Translations under genes and position numbers: made by a program
Notes under the pieces: generated by a model
What the model was told of the DNA's origin: nothing
What the model saw: only the letters and a program-made list of their open reading frames with translations
Database searches by the model: none
Assembly: GCF_006345805.1 (NCBI RefSeq)
Contig: NC_043014.1
Location: forward strand, 8,494,001-8,558,000
Direction: 5' to 3'
DNA from: Octopus sinensis
Taxonomy: Eukaryota
Length of the DNA stretch: 64,000 bases
In this document: positions 56,520 to 64,000 of the stretch, one piece after another
How the letters are laid out: every line of letters begins with the position of its first letter
Numbering within the stretch: position 1 is the first letter of the stretch

Positions 56520-56663
56520 GGCATAATATAAAAATTTGATCAATGAATGCCCAAAGAGTTACTCCGCCTGAAATCCGATGCGAGGTGGGGTTGCTAAAGG
56601 GGAAATAATTCTGGAAACCGGTGTTGGTAACCTTTTCAAGGACTTGTTAAAAGATCTTAAAAC

Positions 56664-56957
56664 ATGAATAGTGTTAAACAATTACGTTTATTTGTCGGCA
56701 ATTTGCCTTGGACTGTGGGCAAGCAGCAACTGAAGGACTACTTCTCCAAGTTTGGTGGCGTCCGCAATAGTAATGTGATGTTCAATCGAAGAACTGGTAT
56801 GAGCCGTGGATTTGGTTTTGTTCAGTTCGCCTCGAAAGATGGTTATAATGCTGCCATCTCCCAGGAATCTCATTCCTTGGACAACACCAACTTAATTGTG
56901 GCCAGTGAAACTTCACGGCGACTTAGGCTTCAGGACATGGAGGCAGAAACAGACTAA
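56664..56957 (+). CDS. SLIRP: Single-RRM protein, SLIRP-like (mitochondrial mRNA-binding partner of LRPPRC)
   Basis: 97 aa with RNP2 LFVGNLPW and RNP1 RGFGFVQF. LPWT, QLKDYF and QESH.LD resemble SLIRP. In-frame TAA just upstream of the ATG. Confidence 0.8.
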   Translation: MNSVKQLRLFVGNLPWTVGKQQLKDYFSKFGGVRNSNVMFNRRTGMSRGFGFVQFASKDGYNAAISQESHSLDNTNLIVASETSRRLRLQDMEAETD

Positions 56958-57950
56958 AACTCACATATATCTATCTATCTATATATATCTTACACCCTAC
57001 AGTTTAAACATTTTGTCAGAAAAAGAGAGAGAGTAATTCATTTGTAGTGAAAAGTCAAATCGTGGTTAGAAGACAAATGGGAACTGAATATTTCCATCAT
57101 TTCACGATACGCTAATAATATACTTAAGAAATGCCTTTTGCTTTTTACTATATTAATACAATCCCAATTACTTGACTCTTTGAATTCCAGTGATAAAATT
57201 TGCAAATTAACAACCAGACCCACGTGCTTGAAATGGCTGTAATTCATGGGGAAAATACTTGCATAAGACTTTACGATGGATTATAAATTGGTCATTATTT
57301 GTTGAATGCTATAAATGTCTTGTAGACTTTTGTTTTCACATGTATTTTTTATCTTTGATTTTTCATTTATTATTTTTTGTTGTTTCAAACAATGTTGTAT
57401 ATTACAGTGTTCTTAGAAATTCTCCTCCACCGATATTTGTGATGGATGTTTTATTTAATATAAGGGGCATTCTTTCGATATAACTCGACAAAATCACAAA
57501 ATCCCTCCCAGGACAGTTTTGGCCTTCGTCCTTTCGGAGTCAGAAACGATGATCTCAAAGTATCAGCAGTGTTAGAATGTGTGGCCAAATTACCGTATAT
57601 CGAAAGATCGCCTAAGGGGCATTCTTTCGATATAACTCGACAAAATCAAAACATTTCACTTCGGGGTGTTTCCATGGGTTGTGGAGTATAGATATAACGA
57701 AATTATGCCAGCAGTGTCTCATTTTAAACTCGAAGAAAAAAAAAAAAGCCTTGCATATTTGTTCTTACCTGTTTCAGGTGTGTTTGTAAAATCCGCAAAT
57801 TTCCAGGCAGGAAACAGAACCGAACTGTCATTTGTTTCCACGGAAATATCCGAAGGGAAATGTTTTGATTTTGTCGAGTTATATCGAAAGAATGCAATAT
57901 AAGGTATAAAACTTGTATTTCTATACACAGTTCCGACTTGTGGCTATTCA

Positions 57951-58167
57951 GGTACTACTAGCGAACAGTGGTCCCGGTGCGCGTATGTTTGTATTTCAAG
58001 GCTGAATACATATCAAAGAAAATTAAATAATATTTTTCGAACAAAGTAAATAAAACGCAAAGTAAATAAATTATTTTTATAAACAAAGGTTAGGGTTAAA
58101 AAGTCGTTGTAGGATCGACTAGCTTGCGCGAGTGCGCGCACCGGGACCACTGTTCGTTAGTAGTACC
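57951..58167. mobile_element. MITE with 9-bp TSD (second copy 60072-60296)
   Basis: GGTACTACT...AGTAGTACC TIRs (about 33 bp); perfect TSDs GGCTATTCA and AATATGAGG. Confidence 0.85.
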
Positions 58168-60809
58168 GGCTATTCAATTGCATTCCTTTGCATACTAAAG
58201 TTAAAATCCCAACAAAGGTCCCGATGCATCTACGTAACCCCCTAAACCCGGCATTCCTTCTAACCTTAACCCTTACTAGAGTGCACTGTGAAAACATCGT
58301 TACGTAGATGCATCGAGATCTGTGTATTTAAGCAGTGCCAAAATCCTTCCCAGGACAGTTTTGGCTTTCGTCCTTTCGGAGTCAGAAACGATGAACTAAA
58401 AGTATCAGCAGAGGGGTGTTAGAATGTGTGGCTAAATTACCGTATATCGAAAGATCGCCGAATGTGTTTTATATTCCTATAAACAGTGCCCTGCGAATGT
58501 TATAATTCATATAGAATTTCTTAGCTTTAACGATTGTGGATGAAATAATGTCAGAAATAGGGGTATATTTAAATTAAAATTCGATTTTACGATTCGCTTA
58601 ATTAAGAATTGTCATTCGGTGCTTGTTGGAAATATGGATATTAGTTTCGAAACGAAGAACCAGAATAAGAGATTAACGAAATGAAACGAACTCCTATTTT
58701 AACATTCTTTTTAACTGGAAGTAACATTTTGAAAGTAAAAAATAAGGAAATAGAAAAATCTTACACAGAAAACCAAACAACGAAATATATTTTTGTTTAT
58801 ATATATATATTACGTTATATAATTAGGGTTCAGTAAAAAAAAAAAAATTACTTTACCACACACCGAACTTTTAGAAATAGCAGCCAAAAAATTTAGCTAT
58901 TTCCTCTACTATAAGAAGACTCTTCTAATAGTAGAGGAAATAGCTAAAGAACCCTAATTATATAACGTAATGTTTTAAATATACCGTAAATGGTCTTTTT
59001 ACATACTGAACACTACTTGGTAAAATTATTAATTAATTTTACCCTTTTATTATTGACAGTATATATATATATATATATATATATAAGGATAGGATCGTTA
59101 ATTTAAAAATAAAGCAACGATTTTATCAAGTGGTCAGCATGGAAAAAATAACCTTCATAAGTACTAATTATTAAGATTATAAATTAGGGTATCTACGAGA
59201 TACCACCATGCTGAAAATAGCAGCCATGATCTGACTCTACTTTTAGAGTCAGGTCATGGCTGTTATTTTCAGCATGGTGGTATTTCGTAGATACTCTAAT
59301 TCAGTGCTTTTCAAACTTTTTGCTGGAGCGGAACCCCAAGGAAACATTCCACTGGCTCGAGGAACCCCTGTGCAATAATTTAATAGTCTTATGCACACAT
59401 ATCTGCACAGGAGAATTAAAAATTACTGCCGATTTTTGCCGTTTTGTAACTTCTGGCGGAACCCTGGTTGAAAACCACTGCCCTGATTTATAATTTTATA
59501 TATGGCGTAACTTCGGTATAGGTACCGGAAGTACCGGATACATTTCAAGAGTTTCGTTTTATATATATGGGGGGTTAGGGATGGGAGACAAGGGTTTCTG
59601 TTATCTTCAGAAATGTAAACAAAGCCACTTACGGTACCTATACCGAAGGATCGCCCTTCGAATTCAAAAGCAGCTGCTGTTAGAATTCTGGTTTAAGTAC
59701 CCCATGTAACTCATATTATTTTGGGGAATTTTCAGATAATGTTTACGAATTTGTGTTCTACACACGGGAATCATTACGATTCTGAAAAAAAAACAAAACA
59801 ATTCTAATCCCTCCAAATCAAAAATCCCAGTCTTATAAATTAAAAAAAAATTACTGACAATCTGAATTCTTTGCTTAAATCCCAGGAATAGACTGCCATT
59901 AGGTGCATCATCATTCCATTAAATGTGTTTATGAGAAGATAAATATTGAAAAACATCAATACATGTCAGGCAAAGAAACAAGGAAGATATCAGGTGGTCG
60001 TGGGATGTACTAAAAACACCAGCCAATCACACACCAAAATATTCCACCAAAAATTTATACATAATATGAGGGGTACTACTTGAGAACAGAGATCCCGGTG
60101 CGTGCACTAGCGTAGTCGTGCATCCATGCTAGCTAGTCGTGACTAGTCGATCCTACGACGACGACCTATCAAAGTAAATAAAACACAAAATAATTAAATT
60201 TTTTTAAATACAGTAAATAATACAAAAACACAAAGTAAAGATCGACTAGTCATGACTATCTAGCGCGCACTGGGACCGCTGTTCTCAGGTAGTACCAATA
60301 TGAGGTTAGTATACAACTAAAAGATGCAATTTGGAATGGTACTGAGTCAAAGTACTATTGATGTTCTATTCGTAGATAACTTGTAACAAGTTTTGAGCTC
60401 AGAGTAAGCCTCTCTGTCAGGCATTAGTTGATATGTAGTCTGGAAGGGGTGTCTTTAACCCTTTAGCATTCAGATTATTCTGTCAAATGTAAAGCTTATG
60501 TATTCACACCATGTAAAATTAATCTTGCATCATTTCATGGCTTTGAGATTTCAATGATGTGATTATTTATTTTTAAAAATGACACAATAGGGTAGCTATA
60601 AATGACCATATCTGACTAGTTTGAACATAAAATAGGTAGAATATTTTGGCCAGATAGGGCCGGTTTAAACACTAAAGGGTTAAGAAAACTGTATATATGA
60701 GTGACTTGTGAGAACTGTGTAAGCTATGTACAGAAATGCTGTTGGAAATGAGTTCTGTGAGGAATTTAGCATGCCAGTTTGATTTTTCAATCCCCCTCTT
60801 ATTACAGTA

Positions 60810-61171
60810 CTAGCAGTATGACCCAGCATTGCCGGGTCATAGTGCATGCATATACAGCTGCGTGCATGCGCACATACACGCGAGTACTGTCCAAATCTCA
60901 AACCAATCACATACAGCTAGCTGACATTCAATTGGCGTATCAAGTTTTGGGCATTTTGATTGGGTTTGGGATAGAAACTTCACAAAAAAGTCACTTCTAT
61001 TGATTTTTTTTCATGGCTTTGCGGGGTGACTGGGGAAATGTAAAGATGTGCACGACCACCCTTGGACGGTTTTGAATGACCATAGAAAGTGCGAGCCCTC
61101 TAACTGAAAAATTGGATTTGTATAAAGGACATATGCACAGACAGACATTTTGCCGTTTATATATATAGAGA
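60810..61171 (-). mobile_element. Non-autonomous Helitron
   Basis: A|TC 5' end, GACCCGGCAATGCTGGGTC hairpin, CTAG|T 3' end. Confidence 0.78.
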
Positions 61172-61744
61172 TTCCATCTACAATAGAAGAGTTTTGTTAC
61201 CAACCCAGCCTCTGTAGTACAAATGTCTTATTTTCATAAGTTTTGCATCAAAATACACCACCAAACCTTAGTTGCAATTTATATTCCTAACACTAGCTTA
61301 ATGATAATTAAGTTATTTTACTAAATTCTTTGTTATATTTAAAATAATTGAAAGAAACACAGAGCATCTCAACAGAAATACAGTAATGAAAGGGTTAAGA
61401 CCAGATATCAATTGGAACTATTATCATCATCATCATCGTTTAACATCCGTTTTCCATGCTAGCATGGGTTGGACGGTTCGACCGGGGTCTGGGAAGTCAG
61501 GAGGCTGCACCAGGCTCCAGTCTGATCTGGCAGTGTTTCTACAGCTGGATGCTCTTCCTAACGCCAACCACTCCGTGAGTGTAGTGAGTGTTTTTTACGT
61601 GTCACCAGCACAGGTGCCAGGGGAGCTGGTAACGGCCACGATCGGTTGGTGCTTTTTACGTGCCACCAGCACGGAAGCCAGTCAAGGTGGCGCTGGCATC
61701 GACCACTACGGATGGTGCCTTTTGTGCTGGTAGAGTAAACACTA

Positions 61745-62480
61745 ACAATATGCAGACAATAGTCTCCTTCAAATGCTCAGATGGATTATTAGAAGTAGTA
61801 GGTAGCTTCTGTTACCTAGGAGACCAAGTTAGCAGTGGGGCAGGAAGATCTGAAAGTATAGTTGCTAGGACAAGAATGGGATGGCGGAAAAGATCAGGGA
61901 GCTTTTACTTTTGTTGGTAACTAAGGGCCTCTCCCTCAGAGTGAAAGGCAGATTGTATGATGCCTGTGTATGTACAGCTATGCTGCATGGCAGTGAGACA
62001 TGAGGTTTTGACTACAGAGGGCTTGAAAGAAATGAAGCGAGCATGCTCTGCTGGATGGGTAATGTCGGTGTGCATGCATGACAAAGTGTAAATGATTTAT
62101 GAGAAAATCTGGGCATAAGAGGCATCAGATGTGTGCAAGAGAGAAGGCTATACTGGTTTGGTCATGTGATGCATATGAATGAGGACAGTTGTGTGGAGAA
62201 GTGCTGAGTTCTAATTATGGAGGGTACTTGTGGAAGGGGTAGATGTAGGACAAAGTGGTTTGAAAGGATCTTCAGATGCTGGGCCTCACTGAGGAAGTGA
62301 CAAAAGACCAGGAGAGGTTGTGATTTTCTGTACTTGATAAAGTATGTCACGCTGAGTAAAATCGCTGTCTTCCACAGGTTCAGGCTTGTCCTGTCAGGTG
62401 CCAGTGCCACTTAAAAAGCATTTGTGCCAGTGCTGCATTAATCCACCCATGCCCATGGCACATAAAAGCACCCAACACAC
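61745..62480 (+). mobile_element. Decayed RTE-clade LINE C-terminus and 3'UTR
   Basis: LEVVGSFCYLGD...KGRLYDACV...MLHGSET remnants. Confidence 0.75.
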
Positions 62481-62524
62481 TTGAAGTTTTTTTAAATTTT
62501 CACCAAATTATTTTTTAAAATGTA

Positions 62525-63350
62525 GTTGGGATCTTTTCGGTTTGGACGGCAGTTTTTTAAAATAATTCCCACGTAACTGAACACTTTTAAACTTCGTATA
62601 CTGGTAGAATGTCTTTATAAAACATCTTTTTCTCTTGGCTGTATTGAGAAAATTCTAGAGTTTGTAAGATATTTTTCTTCAGAAATGTAAATAAACCCAA
62701 TCTGTTTCTTAAACGGACATATTCATACGGTACAGAATGGGTTTTTTTTTTACCTCAATAGACGTCATTGATTGGTTGAAATTGCAGAAAAAACAACAAC
62801 AAATATCTTACAAAGTATAGACTTTTCTCAATAAAGCCAAGAGAAAAAGATGTTTTATAAACACATTCTACAAGTATACTCTTTTACTCTCTTTTACTTG
62901 TTTCAGTCATTTGACTGCGGCCATGCTGGAGCACCGCCTTTAATCGAGCAACTCGCCCCAGGACTTATTCTTTGTAAGCCCAGTACTTATTCTATCGATC
63001 TCTTTTTGCCGAACCGCTAAGTTACGGGGACGTAAACACACCAGCATCGGTTGTCAAGCAATGCTAGGGGGACAAACACAGACACACATACATATATATA
63101 TATACATATATACGACAGGCTTCTTTCAGTTTCCGTTTACCAAATCCACTCACAAGGCATTGGTCGGCCCGGGGCTATAGCAGAAGACACTTGCCCAAGA
63201 TGCCACGCAGTGGGACTGAACCCGGAACCATGTGGTTGGTTAGCAAGCTACTTACCACACAGCCACTCCTGCGCCAGTATACGAAGTTTAAAAGTATTTA
63301 GTTACGTGGAAATTATTTTTAAAAAACTGCCGTTCAAACCGAAAAGTTCC
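62525..63350. mobile_element. Long-TIR MITE-like element split by SINE-A (62881-63273)
   Basis: About 150-bp inverted arms; duplicated C(A/C)AGTATAC flanks the SINE. Confidence 0.65.
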
Positions 63351-63516
63351 AAGAACGCTTCAGCGTTATTTGAACCCAAAACGCAACGAGCCGGTGAAAG
63401 CCAGTAAACGTTTTAACCGGCGCGAGCAATTCTGTAGAATCATCGGATTCGTCAATTAATTCCCTTGTTGACCTCTCTTATGTCATAAAATACATAAACA
63501 TCCGAAACCAAACAAC

Positions 63517-63987
63517 ATGGCTCGGCTCTTGAAGTCCGCGAATCGTTTCCTTGTGAAGCCTTTAGTTGACCAAACATCTTTCATTTTGAAATCTTCTTCG
63601 CGGTTAGCTCAATCCTCTGCGCCCGATGCCTCCGTTACGCCCAATAAATCGAACGATCACGAAAATACAGTCATCATAACCGACTCCTGTGTTAACAGAC
63701 TCAAAAGACTCGGCGACGATTCGATCTTGCGTGTTTCCGTGGAAGGCGGCGGTTGTTCGGGGTTCCAGACGAAATTCGACCTTGTTGAAACCATCGAAAG
63801 TGATGACAAGGTGTTTGAGAAAGATGGTGTGAAAGTCATCATCGACAGCGATTCTCTATCGTTCTTGACGGGTTCCACTATAGACTACGAAGAAGAGTTA
63901 ATTCGCAGCTCCTTTACTGTTGCTAAAAACCCGCAAGCAGACCAAAGTTGTTCCTGTGGAGTTTCTTTCTCACTTAAGGACCTCTGA
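63517..63987 (+). CDS. ISCA2: Iron-sulfur cluster assembly 2 homolog, mitochondrial (A-type carrier)
   Basis: 156 aa with a basic, Ser-rich N-terminal presequence; LRVSVEGGGCSGFQ, ELIRSSF, NPQA..SCSCGVSF. Confidence 0.93.
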   Translation: MARLLKSANRFLVKPLVDQTSFILKSSSRLAQSSAPDASVTPNKSNDHENTVIITDSCVNRLKRLGDDSILRVSVEGGGCSGFQTKFDLVETIESDDKVFEKDGVKVIIDSDSLSFLTGSTIDYEEELIRSSFTVAKNPQADQSCSCGVSFSLKDL

Positions 63988-64000
63988 AATTACAGCACAA

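Overview
AT-rich, repeat-dense animal genomic DNA, most likely octopus (inferred from the SINE/MITE repertoire and microsatellite load, not confirmed). Three protein genes are supported. (1) The last 15 coding exons of NSF (vesicle-fusing AAA+ ATPase, D1 and D2 domains; + strand, 4397-33275). All introns are GT-AG and phase-consistent; the N-domain exons lie upstream of the window. (2) An intronless SLIRP-like RRM gene (56664-56957). (3) An intronless ISCA2 gene (63517-63987). The rest is tRNA-derived SINEs, RTE and CR1 LINE fragments (one near-full-length CR1 with a PHD-like ORF1), and mariner, piggyBac-, hAT- and Helitron-type non-autonomous elements. Main hunt result: short elements, mostly in or beside (TA)n tracts and often long head-to-head fold-back palindromes, repeatedly carry type I hammerhead ribozyme motifs. 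The pattern is stem I, CUGANGA, stem II, GAAA, a tiny palindromic stem III, then NUH. About eight unrelated sequence families occur, most inside NSF introns. One has a C3:G8 to G3:C8 compensatory core swap. This fits Penelope-like-element pLTRs or retrozyme-type elements. The motifs were folded by eye; activity is untested.
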